The translations under genes and the position numbers were made by a program. The notes beneath the pieces are model-generated. The model was not told the origin of the DNA. It made no database searches and saw only the letters and a program-made list of their open reading frames with translations. A stretch of DNA of 64,000 nt from Calditrichia bacterium (GTDB taxonomy: Bacteria > Calditrichota > Calditrichia > JAJRVZ01): NCBI GenBank assembly GCA_963777955.1, contig CAVZSQ010000022.1:352001-416000 (forward strand), in the 5' to 3' direction. This document shows, one piece after another, positions 54,340 to 64,000 of the stretch. Every line of letters starts with the position of its first letter. Position 1 is the stretch's first letter.

Positions 54340-56997
54340 TTACCAGTTTAACCAGTAATTCAGTTTCACCATGAAAATATTATCAGGATTGACCTGGCGC
54401 AAATCTTCCAGCGATTGTTCAAACCTGAAACGACCGCTTTCCGTTTCGATACTGCGGCTCTGGGTCCAGACCAGGTAGAAAGTCGAGCCGGGCAAATATT
54501 CCCAGCGCAGGACGGCATTGGCCCTTAATGAATTATAATTGAAATCCGGGTCGGAAAATTCCAAGGTTCCGGCAGGACCGCTTCCGTCGGGATCTACCGT
54601 ATAAGTACCATCATTCAGGTCGATGGTTGATCCGTTTTGACCGTAATGATTAAAGTCATAACTTTTTTTTCTGGCCAGTTCTTTAAAATCGTGAAAATCA
54701 CCAGCCGAAATCAGTGGTTGCATATAAAGTTGAAAACTCAGTTGCGGAGTAAAGGTCCAGTTCAGACGCAAACCCGCGGCAAATTCAGTCTGATGCATAG
54801 TAGCAAAGACATAGCGCTGGTCATAGGTAGAGGAATAGGGATCGCTGAATCTATCAATCCATTGGGTATACATCTTATTCCACATCATACTCGGTTCGAA
54901 GGATAGTAATACATTACTTAGCGGTTTCCATTCAAACTCCAGTTCAATCTCTCTTTGATTATCTTCTGCCCAGCGGGTATACATAAAAGAATGGATTTCA
55001 AAAACCAGAGGTTTGCGGTCATCGCTGCGCATAAAAAAGTCTAATTCCCAGGCCGCAGGATTTAAAGTCAGGGGTCCGCCGCGGGTCCGGCGGTTATTGA
55101 TGGTCACGGGATTATAAGCAAGATCCATTTCCATATAGTAATAATTACTGAAAGTAATGGAAGCGACCGAGAACGCTCCGGTCCAGGTGATGTTGTAATC
55201 GAAATCGGTACTCCCGAACAGGGCGCCGATGATCTGGACCTCCCGGTAAAACCAGGCCGGTTTGGTCCATTTATAACCGTAACCGATATGAGCGTTGATC
55301 ACATCGCTGCGTCCCTGATAGCCCAGATCATTGACATCGAATTTTGGATCGATGAATCCCACGGCCGAGTTGAATATTGCATTTCCTTTTTGCTTGTTGA
55401 CGGTTAAGCGCCCGGCATAACCGGTCAGCGAAGTCAGGGAACTGTCGACTTTGAGATTGCGCGCATCAGGACGCTGAAGATAATGCACAGAATTCTCCTG
55501 CAGGTCGATCATGCGCTGTTCATTCCCGCGCAAATGGCTCAGACCCAGCCAGCCGGTGACTACCCAGGTTCTGGCTGTATCTAAAAAGGTCCAGCCGTCG
55601 GTTCCGAAAGTAAGAGCGGACTTATTAATTTCATCAGCAAGCACATCTTCTTTAAAAAAACGATTACTCAGCGAAGAAATAAAACCGATTCCTCTGAGGC
55701 CCTTCTGGATCTCTTTTTGCGCCCGCAGGATACCGTAATAAGTAAGCGGTTCGATCTCGGAGTCAAATTTTTTCCCGCTTAATTTGATACCAGCGTATTC
55801 ACGGCTGGTCAAGGCCTGCACGGTGCCCACGTTCCAATTGTTCCCTACCTTCCCGCTTAATTTCGCTGCAGCGATGATCCGTGTACCTTCCGGCAGGTCC
55901 ACATAATCACTGTCGTCATCCATATCCGGAAGACTGCCCTGCGGGGTGCGGCCGATTCGCCGGGAATAAAAGAAATCGGGATTACTCCAATTGAAACTCC
56001 AGTAATTGGTTGCCCCGCCCTGACCGAAATTGAAAATAGAAGCACCTTCCAGAAAGAATGGCCGCTTCTCCTCGAATGTAGTTTCCACATCACTCAGGTT
56101 GACTACTGCCGGGTCCACCTCCACCTGTCCAAAATCAGGATTGATCGTACAATCCAGAGTCAGATTACTGCTTAAACCTATTTTTAAATCAGTGCCCAGT
56201 GCCGGAATATAACGTGAACCATCATTAAACGGATTAGCGGCATCGACGTTAAGATATTCAGCTTTGGCCCGTACATAGGGGAGTATTTCAACATTTGCCG
56301 GTGGATTGACATTGCTGATACCCACCAGGATTGGAAAACGCGAAGCAAAACCGCTGCCATTTTTAGGTGTAAAGACTAAATAATCGTCTTCATTTTTACG
56401 TTTGGTTCGGCGGCCAAAATTAATTCCCCAGGTATATGAATCTTTTTTTTGAAAGCGAAGCTGCGAATATGGTATCCGAAACTCGGTCGTCCACCCTTCC
56501 TGATCGATTTTCGCCCTTCCTGCCCACACGCCGTCCCAGGAGTAATCTTCCCAGCCATCATTGAGCATGACACCATCCATCAGCGAACTGGCCGGCGAAA
56601 TCATGAAGATATAACCGCTGCGTCTGTCTAAATATGGATCGATCCATACGGCAAATAAATCTGACTCATCTTCGTCATCTCTGCGTCCCAGCCGGGCCAC
56701 AATCGAATCAGGCCGGCTGTCGTACATCCGCGCACCTATATACAATGCCTGTTCGTCATATAAAACATAAACCACCGTTTTTTGCGAAGGCGCCGCATTC
56801 TCCTGCGGCTCTCTTTGTGTAAAATTTGAAATACTCTCGGTTAGCTGCCACGATGTCTCCGTGAGTGCCCCATCTATAATAATCTTTTCATTAGTCCGGG
56901 TAGCTTTAATTGAATCCTGATTGGTATAAAAAGTATTGGTAAAGGCCTGTGATATCAGTGTCAGTATAAAGATAGTTGCTGGAACAATTCGCTGCAT
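54340..56997 (-). CDS. CBM9-like + DUF5916 outer-membrane protein
   Basis: IIIDGALTE..W, EFRIPYSQLRF, INPDFGQVEVD, EKRPFFLEG, FYSRRIGR, C-terminal NYWLNW. Confidence 0.88.
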   Translation of the reverse strand: MQRIVPATIFILTLISQAFTNTFYTNQDSIKATRTNEKIIIDGALTETSWQLTESISNFTQREPQENAAPSQKTVVYVLYDEQALYIGARMYDSRPDSIVARLGRRDDEDESDLFAVWIDPYLDRRSGYIFMISPASSLMDGVMLNDGWEDYSWDGVWAGRAKIDQEGWTTEFRIPYSQLRFQKKDSYTWGINFGRRTKRKNEDDYLVFTPKNGSGFASRFPILVGISNVNPPANVEILPYVRAKAEYLNVDAANPFNDGSRYIPALGTDLKIGLSSNLTLDCTINPDFGQVEVDPAVVNLSDVETTFEEKRPFFLEGASIFNFGQGGATNYWSFNWSNPDFFYSRRIGRTPQGSLPDMDDDSDYVDLPEGTRIIAAAKLSGKVGNNWNVGTVQALTSREYAGIKLSGKKFDSEIEPLTYYGILRAQKEIQKGLRGIGFISSLSNRFFKEDVLADEINKSALTFGTDGWTFLDTARTWVVTGWLGLSHLRGNEQRMIDLQENSVHYLQRPDARNLKVDSSLTSLTGYAGRLTVNKQKGNAIFNSAVGFIDPKFDVNDLGYQGRSDVINAHIGYGYKWTKPAWFYREVQIIGALFGSTDFDYNITWTGAFSVASITFSNYYYMEMDLAYNPVTINNRRTRGGPLTLNPAAWELDFFMRSDDRKPLVFEIHSFMYTRWAEDNQREIELEFEWKPLSNVLLSFEPSMMWNKMYTQWIDRFSDPYSSTYDQRYVFATMHQTEFAAGLRLNWTFTPQLSFQLYMQPLISAGDFHDFKELARKKSYDFNHYGQNGSTIDLNDGTYTVDPDGSGPAGTLEFSDPDFNYNSLRANAVLRWEYLPGSTFYLVWTQSRSIETESGRFRFEQSLEDLRQVNPDNIFMVKLNYWLNW

Positions 56998-57372
56998 AAG
57001 TTACCTCATCAGATGCAAAACGTGTAAGAAACGGAAATATATCAATAAGATAATGACGAAAAAAATAGAAATTTGTTTTATTTTCAGGTGAATTTCTAAT
57101 ATTCTTTCAGAGTTATCGGCATGGTTCAACCCCGATCCCGGTCTTTATTATTGCTTGACAGACCATATATTTAATTTTTGGGAGCTGTGAATTATTGACA
57201 TCATCAACTGTAAAAAATCAGCACTATTTTAATCTAAATTTATATTGACTAAATTAGGTCAACAAACCACAGGCAACGATTCAAGAATTAAGGAATATAA
57301 GCGTACTCATATTACCTGAAAATTAATTAAATTATTCATCCGTCCGGTTAAAATTATACGAAAGTTGTACCA

Positions 57373-58038
57373 ATGTCAGAATTGACCATTGAAAATCAGA
57401 TCTTAAAAATTAATGAAATATTTTACAGTATACAGGGAGAGTCGACACAGGCCGGCCGCCCATGTGTTTTTGTGCGCCTGAGTCATTGTAATCTGCGCTG
57501 CAGTTATTGCGATACAACTTATGCCTTTTTTGATGGCCGGGATATGACCATTGCTGCTATCCTGCAGCAGGTAAAATCGTTTGATTGCCCTCTGGTAGAG
57601 ATTACCGGCGGCGAACCGCTGCTGCAAAAAGGTGTGCATCATTTGCTCAAATTGCTTTGTGATCAGCATTATGAAGTACTACTGGAAACGGCGGGGCATA
57701 TGGATATTCAGCAGGTAGATCAGCGGGTTAGAATCATCATGGATTTAAAGTGCCCCGGCAGCGGTGAATCTGAGAAGATACTATGGCCGAATCTAAATTA
57801 TTTAAAACCGCAGGATGAAATAAAGTTTGTGATCTGTGACCACAGTGATTTTGATTGGGCTATTCATACGATCCGGGACAAGGATTTAGCCACAAGGTGC
57901 AGTTTATTAATTTCACCGGTTTTCGGGCGGGTGGATTTAACGCAATTATCCGGCTGGATACTGCAAGCGAAACTTCCGTTGCGCCTGCAATTGCAGTTGC
58001 ATAAATTCATCTGGGGTGCGGATAAAACAGGAGTGTAA
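57373..58038 (+). CDS. queE: 7-carboxy-7-deazaguanine synthase (radical SAM)
   Basis: EIFYSIQGE, CNLRCSYCDT, TGGEP, QLHK. Confidence 0.94.
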   Translation: MSELTIENQILKINEIFYSIQGESTQAGRPCVFVRLSHCNLRCSYCDTTYAFFDGRDMTIAAILQQVKSFDCPLVEITGGEPLLQKGVHHLLKLLCDQHYEVLLETAGHMDIQQVDQRVRIIMDLKCPGSGESEKILWPNLNYLKPQDEIKFVICDHSDFDWAIHTIRDKDLATRCSLLISPVFGRVDLTQLSGWILQAKLPLRLQLQLHKFIWGADKTGV

Positions 58039-58039
58039 A

Positions 58040-58399
58040 ATGGCAGCAATAGAAGTTTTCGAAAATAAATATCCCGGCCGGGATTACTGGATAACCCATA
58101 CCAATCATGAATACACCTCTATCTGTCCCAAAACAGGATTACCCGATTTCGGCAAGATAACTATCAAATATATTCCTGATAAACTGTGTCTGGAACTGAA
58201 AGCGTTGAAATATTATTTTCTGGAATTCCGCAATCAGGGTATTTTTTATGAAACTGTGATCAATCAGATACTGGATGATCTGGTCAAAGCCTGCCAGCCG
58301 CGGTATATGGAAGTGAGCGGTGATTTCAGTATCCGTGGCGGTCTGGGCTCCAGGGTCCAGGCGGTTTATGATCCCTCCGGCCGGGGGGTGGCCAGGTGA
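58040..58399 (+). CDS. queF: preQ0 reductase, short type
   Basis: EYTSICPKTGLPDFG, ELKALKYY, RGG. Confidence 0.93.
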   Translation: MAAIEVFENKYPGRDYWITHTNHEYTSICPKTGLPDFGKITIKYIPDKLCLELKALKYYFLEFRNQGIFYETVINQILDDLVKACQPRYMEVSGDFSIRGGLGSRVQAVYDPSGRGVAR

Positions 58400-59082
58400 A
58401 AAAAAATCTGGCGGTGGTACTGGTATCGGGGGGGATGGACAGTTGTGTCACGGCTGCCCTGGCTGCTCAAAAATATAATCTGGCATTTCTGCACCTGAAT
58501 TACGGGCAGCGTACCGAACGACGGGAATTGCGTTCCTTTCGCGAGATCGCCGCTTTTTATCAGGTTCATAAACAACTGGTGGTCGATGTCTCCCATTTTG
58601 CCCTGATCGGCGGATCGAGTTTGACCGATCGGCAGATCCCGGTGCAGCAGGCCGATTTGCAGAACACTGCAATACCCAGCAGTTATGTACCCTTCCGTAA
58701 TGCCAACCTGCTGGCAGTTGCCGTCAGTTGGGCTGAAGTTATCGGGGCTGGCAGAATATTTTTCGGCGCGGTTGAAGAAGATTCTTCCGGTTATCCGGAC
58801 TGCCGTGAACAGTTTTTCAAAGCATTCAACCGGGTCATCAGGGTGGGCACCAACACCAGGTCCGCTATCAAAATAATTACTCCCTTACTTCATTATTCCA
58901 AGAAACAAATCGTCGAAACAGCCGGCAAGTTAAAAGCTCCGCTGCAACTTACCTGGTCGTGCTATCAGGATGAGGATGATGCCTGTGGGGTCTGTGACAG
59001 TTGCGCTTTGCGCCTGCGCGGATTTCAGCAGGCCGGGGTGGAGGATCCATTGCCGTATAAGCAGAGGCCGGTGTATATTTAA
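58396..59082 (+). CDS. queC: 7-cyano-7-deazaguanine synthase
   Basis: SGGMDS, YVPFRN, GYPDC, TWSCY...CGVCDSC. Confidence 0.96.
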   Translation: MKKNLAVVLVSGGMDSCVTAALAAQKYNLAFLHLNYGQRTERRELRSFREIAAFYQVHKQLVVDVSHFALIGGSSLTDRQIPVQQADLQNTAIPSSYVPFRNANLLAVAVSWAEVIGAGRIFFGAVEEDSSGYPDCREQFFKAFNRVIRVGTNTRSAIKIITPLLHYSKKQIVETAGKLKAPLQLTWSCYQDEDDACGVCDSCALRLRGFQQAGVEDPLPYKQRPVYI

Positions 59083-59122
59083 GGCACTTAGGCACTTAGG
59101 CACTAAGGCACTAGATAGGCAC
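59082..59122 (+). repeat. 8-bp tandem array (AGGCACTT-like, 5 units)
   Basis: aggcactt aggcactt aggcacta aggcact agat aggcac. Confidence 0.85.
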
Positions 59123-59175
59123 ATAATAGTACAACATATAATGTACTGAAATTTTAGGTTTATAAAAATATTGGT

Positions 59176-59406
59176 ATGATTGTTGTATTATCAGTTCCAT
59201 GGATAAGATTAATAAAGGATTATATTCGATTTCTCAATATTGCCATGGGATCGATATATAAATTACAAACCCAACTTGAAATATGATTGAATTTAAGTTT
59301 TATTTCTAAATCGAACTATGAGTCTAATTATAAAAAAATCCGGGAAATTGAAATCATATTAAGATCATTAATAACCAAAATTCACCAATCAAACTCAATT
59401 ACTTAA
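59176..59406 (+). pseudogene. four-helix-bundle (23S rRNA IVS-protein family) remnant
   Basis: KDYIRFLNIAMGSIYKLQTQLEI*LNLSFI...KKIREIEIILRSLITKI matches the C-terminal half of the family; internal TGA; N-terminal half missing. Confidence 0.75.
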
Positions 59407-59431
59407 CTTAGTGTTTCAGAGTTCTGTCTCT

Positions 59432-59462
59432 AGTGCCTAAGTGCCATAGTGCCTCAGTGCCT
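59432..59462 (-). repeat. inverted 8-bp tandem array (AGTGCCT-like, 4 units)
   Basis: agtgccta agtgccat agtgcctc agtgcct. Confidence 0.85.
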
Positions 59463-59472
59463 TTGTACTTTG

Positions 59473-62400
59473 TTAACTCACCAACTCCTGCAACTTGTCA
59501 ATCCGGTAACCGGCTTCCTGAACTTTGTCCAGCAGAAAATGAACTGTTTCGTACCAGTCGGTTATTTTCTGATCCAGGGTCAGCAGATCGGTTTCGCCCC
59601 GGGAAACCAGATTGGCAATAGCGCAGGTATAAAAAGCAGCGACTAATTCCTCAAAGCATTCCTTGTTAAAATATAAAATATCCTGGTAGCGGTTTATGTG
59701 CAGGAAATCACGTATCTCCTGATACTGGAACAGAGTCTCCACAGCTACCGGTAAATTTTGTTCTGTTTTCTCCAGCCAGAAGGGAATAGCGATCAAGGTC
59801 TTGATTAACCGCAGCCTGTGTTCTACCTCCTGTTCGTCAAGACTGACTTCGCTCAATGATTGTATGATCGGTTTGTACAGCAGAAATTCCTCCAGCCAGG
59901 AGAGGCTGATGATCTCGCGATAATTCTCATCATGCAGGCGGCCCAGATCATAAACACTCAGCCAGATTATCAATGTCGAGAGTTGCGGGGATTTATCCTG
60001 TAAGAATTTCAAGGCAGCATTTTCGGTGATGCCTAAAAACTCGTCGATCTTCTGAATATGCAGCAGATACTGAAATTTCCCGGTCAAGTCATCTTTTAAA
60101 ACCTGTTCATCACCTGAGGAACCGCTGTAATTCTTGATCTCCTTTAAAAATAAGCCCAGGTTGGTTTCAAATTTTTTTGTTAATTGCTGCCAGCCCGGTT
60201 CTTCGATTTCGACTTCGCATTCCTTCAGAAAATCTGAGGCGATCAACTCACGAAAAACATTATGTACCGGCGAGAGGAACGTTTCTTTCAGGGCCAGTTC
60301 AATATTTGGAACACCGCGTCCGTTAAGATAGCCATTAAGCTGGCCATAATGATTATAAATGTTATCTTCAATCTGCCGGAAATCTAAAAATACATGGTAT
60401 TTGAATCCATCCAGTTCGGCATACAATCCCTGCTCGCCCAATTGGCGGTTGTTGCGGATGTACTCGAGCCCGTTGATCTGATCACGGAAAATTGTATAGA
60501 AACGGTCGTGATTAATCAGATCGAGTCCTTCCAGCAGATTAACCTGAACAAAATTACCATTGACTTTTCTGGAAGTGGCACAGGAGTATTTAATCCAGCC
60601 GCAGACGCGGTCATATTTATTATTATAGAGCACCAGAGCCCGTTGTTCTCCGGCCCGGTTGGAAAGGGCATAGACATTCTCGTTTACACTGCCGTCGTTA
60701 CTGTAAAAGTCGTACAACACAAAGTTCTGTACTTCACTGAATAAATAACGCTTCTTCAGAACCGGGAAGATCTCACGCTCATGGCGTTCGGTCAGATAAT
60801 AATCTTCCTGTTCATTCCAGTAAGCGCGTTTATATTCCATGCCGTATTTTTCAGCGAATCCTTCCACCTGGCCGTGCCCGAACATGGGCAGACCGGGCAA
60901 AGTGATCATCAGGATACAGGTACCAAAATATTTATCCCCTTTGCCAAACTGGGTCACCGCTGTTTCTTCATCGGGATTGTTCATGAAATTGACATAACGT
61001 TTCATAATTTCCGGATTGAAGTCCATCACGTTTTTAATGGACTGGCGGTATTTCTGATTCTCTTCATTCTTCAGCATATTCATAAAGGCGCTGTTGTAAA
61101 CGCGGTGCATGCCCAGAGTGCGGACAAAATATCCTTCCATCATCCAGAACGCCTCAGCCAGTAACAGTGTATCGGGTACTTCTGCCGCTACCCGGTCCAC
61201 CACCTGGCGCCAGAATTCATCCGGCATTAATTCGTTGAACAGTTCCCGGGTCATGGAAAATTCAGCGCGCGAAGGAATATCCCCGCCGCTGCCGGGTTGG
61301 GGAAACCACAGGCGCTGGAAATGTCGCTTGGTCAGGGTCATGGCCGCATCGAGCCGGATGATCGGGAATTGACGCGCCACATGCAGGATGGTTTGAATTA
61401 CCGCTTCGCGAACTTCGGCTTTCAGATAATTTAACTGGGCGGTGTCATTCCAGGGCATGCTGGTACCGTCATTGCCATGATAGATGTAGCGGGTTTCTCC
61501 GCTCTGCTGATCGACGCGTTTAAATAGCACAGCTGCGTCAGTGCGGTTCCAATAACCATCCTCGATATAGAGCCCGACACGGTCGTCCTGAGAAAGATTA
61601 GGACCGTTAAAAGAATATTTGGGATAGATGGGATAATTGGTCTGGACATACCAGTCGGGGTGCTCGACAACCCATTTGGAATAAATACCGGTATGATTGG
61701 GCACCATATCACTGGCCATGCGGATACCGCGCTGCCAGGCACGGTGTCTTAAGTCACGCAAGGCGCCGTCTCCGCCAAGGTCGTTGGCAACGATATAATC
61801 ATAAAGGGAATAAGCCGAGCTTACAGCTTCCGGGTTGCCGCAGATTTGTTTGATTTTCTGGGATGCAGGGCTTCTTTCCCAGATGCCGATCAGCCATAAT
61901 GAGTTAAAGCCCCGGCGGGCCAGCAGGTCCAGCTCCTGATCGGGGATTTCATTCAATTTAGTGATGGAGCGCTGGTATTTTTTTGAAAGCTGATCCAGCC
62001 AGACATACACACTTTTAGCGAGCGTCACCACTTTAGGCATCCAGTCCAGATCAGCGCTGAAGCGTTCATATTCATCTTCCAGGGAGAGTAATTTCCAGTA
62101 ATCGGCCAGCAGGGTCGGACCTGCCCCGGCCGACACGGCTTTTTCCTCCTCTTTGATCATATCCAGGCTGCCGAACAGTTTGAGAATGAATTTGGATAAA
62201 ATAGCACCCCAGTGCCTGAGTATAAATTCCAATTGGGCTGTGAGCGAATGAGGAAACCGGACTGCCGGGGTGCGCAGCATTTCAAACAGCGATTGGTTCT
62301 CCGGTCCAAAGAAATCCTGCTCTTTAAAAAAATCATCCAGTGCTTTTATAAGCAGGTGGTAGGGTGTTTCCTTGTTAAGGGTGGTATCATTGAATAATTC

Positions 62401-62940
62401 TCTGAACGGACCGAAGGCCGGATTGGCATTGGAGAGGTACAGCAACAGCAACTCCTCCAGTACGGCTTCCCGGTTGGAAATGCCGCTGGTTCTGTCCTGC
62501 AGGTAATCCGCAGCCGTTATCTGATTTTTATAAACGGCCACCGGCGGGAAGTCGGTAACAAATTGTAACAGGGTTCGATCCAGTTCCTGCCGGCCGATCT
62601 TGTCCTGCAGCCAGTCCAGCGCTGTACTGAATATGTCAGCCTGTCGTTGTTCTTTATAAAGCCCGGCAACATAGTGCAGAATTTCATCAATCAGACCCAT
62701 GGCGTTCAATTGTCCTGCTTTGACAGCCTGTTCCGGAAATGAAATCAGATCGCGTTTGCGGTTCATCTTGTCGGCAAAAACCCGCACCATGAAGAAATTC
62801 ATAAAGATGACATTACCGCTCCGGGCAAAAAGAACATCATCAAACTGGTAAAAATCCCTGACCTGTTTGGCAATGTGAAATTCGAAGACGAAATTATTCC
62901 TGGAGCGATTGAATTCGGCTAAACCGGATTTTGTTTTCAT
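59473..62940 (-). CDS. large GH13 alpha-amylase-family protein
   Basis: DMVPNH (region I), IRLDAAM (II), LAEAFW (III), FMNNPDE (IV); long helical N- and C-extensions. Confidence 0.87.
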   Translation of the reverse strand: MKTKSGLAEFNRSRNNFVFEFHIAKQVRDFYQFDDVLFARSGNVIFMNFFMVRVFADKMNRKRDLISFPEQAVKAGQLNAMGLIDEILHYVAGLYKEQRQADIFSTALDWLQDKIGRQELDRTLLQFVTDFPPVAVYKNQITAADYLQDRTSGISNREAVLEELLLLYLSNANPAFGPFRELFNDTTLNKETPYHLLIKALDDFFKEQDFFGPENQSLFEMLRTPAVRFPHSLTAQLEFILRHWGAILSKFILKLFGSLDMIKEEEKAVSAGAGPTLLADYWKLLSLEDEYERFSADLDWMPKVVTLAKSVYVWLDQLSKKYQRSITKLNEIPDQELDLLARRGFNSLWLIGIWERSPASQKIKQICGNPEAVSSAYSLYDYIVANDLGGDGALRDLRHRAWQRGIRMASDMVPNHTGIYSKWVVEHPDWYVQTNYPIYPKYSFNGPNLSQDDRVGLYIEDGYWNRTDAAVLFKRVDQQSGETRYIYHGNDGTSMPWNDTAQLNYLKAEVREAVIQTILHVARQFPIIRLDAAMTLTKRHFQRLWFPQPGSGGDIPSRAEFSMTRELFNELMPDEFWRQVVDRVAAEVPDTLLLAEAFWMMEGYFVRTLGMHRVYNSAFMNMLKNEENQKYRQSIKNVMDFNPEIMKRYVNFMNNPDEETAVTQFGKGDKYFGTCILMITLPGLPMFGHGQVEGFAEKYGMEYKRAYWNEQEDYYLTERHEREIFPVLKKRYLFSEVQNFVLYDFYSNDGSVNENVYALSNRAGEQRALVLYNNKYDRVCGWIKYSCATSRKVNGNFVQVNLLEGLDLINHDRFYTIFRDQINGLEYIRNNRQLGEQGLYAELDGFKYHVFLDFRQIEDNIYNHYGQLNGYLNGRGVPNIELALKETFLSPVHNVFRELIASDFLKECEVEIEEPGWQQLTKKFETNLGLFLKEIKNYSGSSGDEQVLKDDLTGKFQYLLHIQKIDEFLGITENAALKFLQDKSPQLSTLIIWLSVYDLGRLHDENYREIISLSWLEEFLLYKPIIQSLSEVSLDEQEVEHRLRLIKTLIAIPFWLEKTEQNLPVAVETLFQYQEIRDFLHINRYQDILYFNKECFEELVAAFYTCAIANLVSRGETDLLTLDQKITDWYETVHFLLDKVQEAGYRIDKLQELVS

Positions 62941-62966
62941 GGGTATTGTTGGTTTAATATTAATGA

Positions 62967-63419
62967 TTATTCATCCAGCAGTTCTTTCATACGTTTATTG
63001 TCTTCCACTCCGCGCTCATCGACTTTCTGATAGGTGCTGCCATAACCGCGATCCTGGCGCAGTTGATTTAATTTATTCTTTTGCAAATACAGTTCGGCCA
63101 GTTTATCCGCGGTCAGGCCGGCGATCTGGCATTTGCTGACCCAGAAATGCAATTCATCGATCAATTCAATAGCGATATTCTGCCAGTCGACAGCGGCGGG
63201 ATCTTTCCACCATTTCCACGGAACGGAATCTTCCAATTCGATTGATTCGTGGATCTGGGCGCGGTTATAATTCAACAGCCATTCAACACGCTTTTTTTCC
63301 AGCTGGGCATCGGAACGACTGTGGTCGCAGAGTTGATCATAGTCCTGTTGATGCCGCTCTTTAAGAATGCGCCGGTTTAATTCGTATTGTTTTTCAAAAA
63401 TGGTTTTTAAAATATCCAT
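62967..63419 (-). CDS. dimeric all-alpha dUTPase (dUTPase_2/MazG-like)
   Basis: ESIELEDSVPWKWWK, ELIDELHF, YLQKNKLNQLRQDRGY. Confidence 0.85.
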   Translation of the reverse strand: MDILKTIFEKQYELNRRILKERHQQDYDQLCDHSRSDAQLEKKRVEWLLNYNRAQIHESIELEDSVPWKWWKDPAAVDWQNIAIELIDELHFWVSKCQIAGLTADKLAELYLQKNKLNQLRQDRGYGSTYQKVDERGVEDNKRMKELLDE

Positions 63420-63430
63420 TCTTCCTCCGC

Positions 63431-64000
63431 TTATTTTCCGCTCGGACCGGTTTTGATAAACACGTACTGAGTAATCTGCTCCCGCTGTATGAAAACCTGA
63501 ATATAATCCGGCTGCTGCTGTTTTAATTTTTGTACGATCTCCCGGAAATCAGCGAGACTTTTTATTTTGAGATCATCGATACTCAGGATCAGATCATCGA
63601 CTTCCAGACCGGCCAGACTCGCTGCTCCTGCTTCTTCCACCCGGGAGACCCACACTCCTTCGGTATCAAAATCAAGATTGTTATTTATAAACAGATCCTG
63701 GGTCAATTCTTTTACCCTTAAACCAAGATTTTCATCAAAAAATTCGTCGGCTAAATAGCGGCTCTTGGGGGTACTTTCCAGTTGCACTTTTACGCTCATC
63801 GGCTGGTGATCACGAATTATCTGCAGGTTCACTTCACCCTCCGGTAAACTGCGGATATAATGCCGGCCAGCCTCAATTACTTTTTTGTCATCACTTTTAA
63901 TCTGAAAATCGCCGATAGCAGTGATGATATCACCCAGGCGCAATTTCGCTTTTTCTGCCGGGGAAAGGGGAACAATTGAACTTACGATTACACCGTGGAT
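63431..64000 (-). CDS. C-terminal PDZ domains of a probable HtrA-like protease (partial)
   Basis: SPAEKAKLRLGDII and GVWVSRVEEAGAASLAGLEVDDLI, two PDZ-type motifs. Confidence 0.75.
   Translation of the reverse strand: MHGVIVSSIVPLSPAEKAKLRLGDIITAIGDFQIKSDDKKVIEAGRHYIRSLPEGEVNLQIIRDHQPMSVKVQLESTPKSRYLADEFFDENLGLRVKELTQDLFINNNLDFDTEGVWVSRVEEAGAASLAGLEVDDLILSIDDLKIKSLADFREIVQKLKQQQPDYIQVFIQREQITQYVFIKTGPSGK

Noticed and set aside
57000..57372. Possible preQ1 riboswitch upstream of queE
   Set aside because: No P1 stem plus A-rich tail matching preQ1-I could be identified by eye; a cmscan would be needed
57373..59082. queE/F/C as a DNA 7-deazaguanine modification (dpd) system
   Set aside because: No dpdA/tgt-like gene nearby, and queF is present, consistent with ordinary tRNA queuosine synthesis
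59284..59286. In-frame TGA as selenocysteine
   Set aside because: Not a Cys position in this family, no SECIS-like hairpin seen, and the gene is also 5'-truncated

Overview
64 kb of bacterial chromosome, roughly mid-GC. The gene content suggests the FCB superphylum (Calditrichota/Ignavibacteria-like); this is an inference from an SQNYPNPFNP C-terminal domain, DUF3857/DUF5916 proteins and an E2-E1 fused 2-oxoglutarate dehydrogenase. Most genes are housekeeping or metabolic: acs, DUF47+PiT, copA/copZ, purC, kgd/sucA, PPi-PFK, a PaoABC-like molybdoenzyme operon, lhr, ferritin, pyrD, queE-queF-queC, a large GH13 enzyme and a dimeric dUTPase. No rRNA, tRNA or CRISPR array was seen. About 13 genes carry single-base frameshifts, most likely uncorrected long-read errors. 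Four loci stand out. (1) A Cyc2-like monoheme cytochrome-porin fusion sits next to a 5-CXXCH multiheme cytochrome. (2) A sigma-54 two-component locus has two target promoters with the same UAS/IHF/-24/-12 layout, driving secreted DxDGDG-repeat proteins and an outer-membrane barrel. (3) A compact REP-RAYT-REP element has non-GTAG palindromes that supply the same 'PPPRF*' C-terminus and stop codon to both flanking genes, and two more solo copies lie elsewhere in the window. (4) A four-helix-bundle gene remnant is bracketed by inverted 8-bp tandem arrays.
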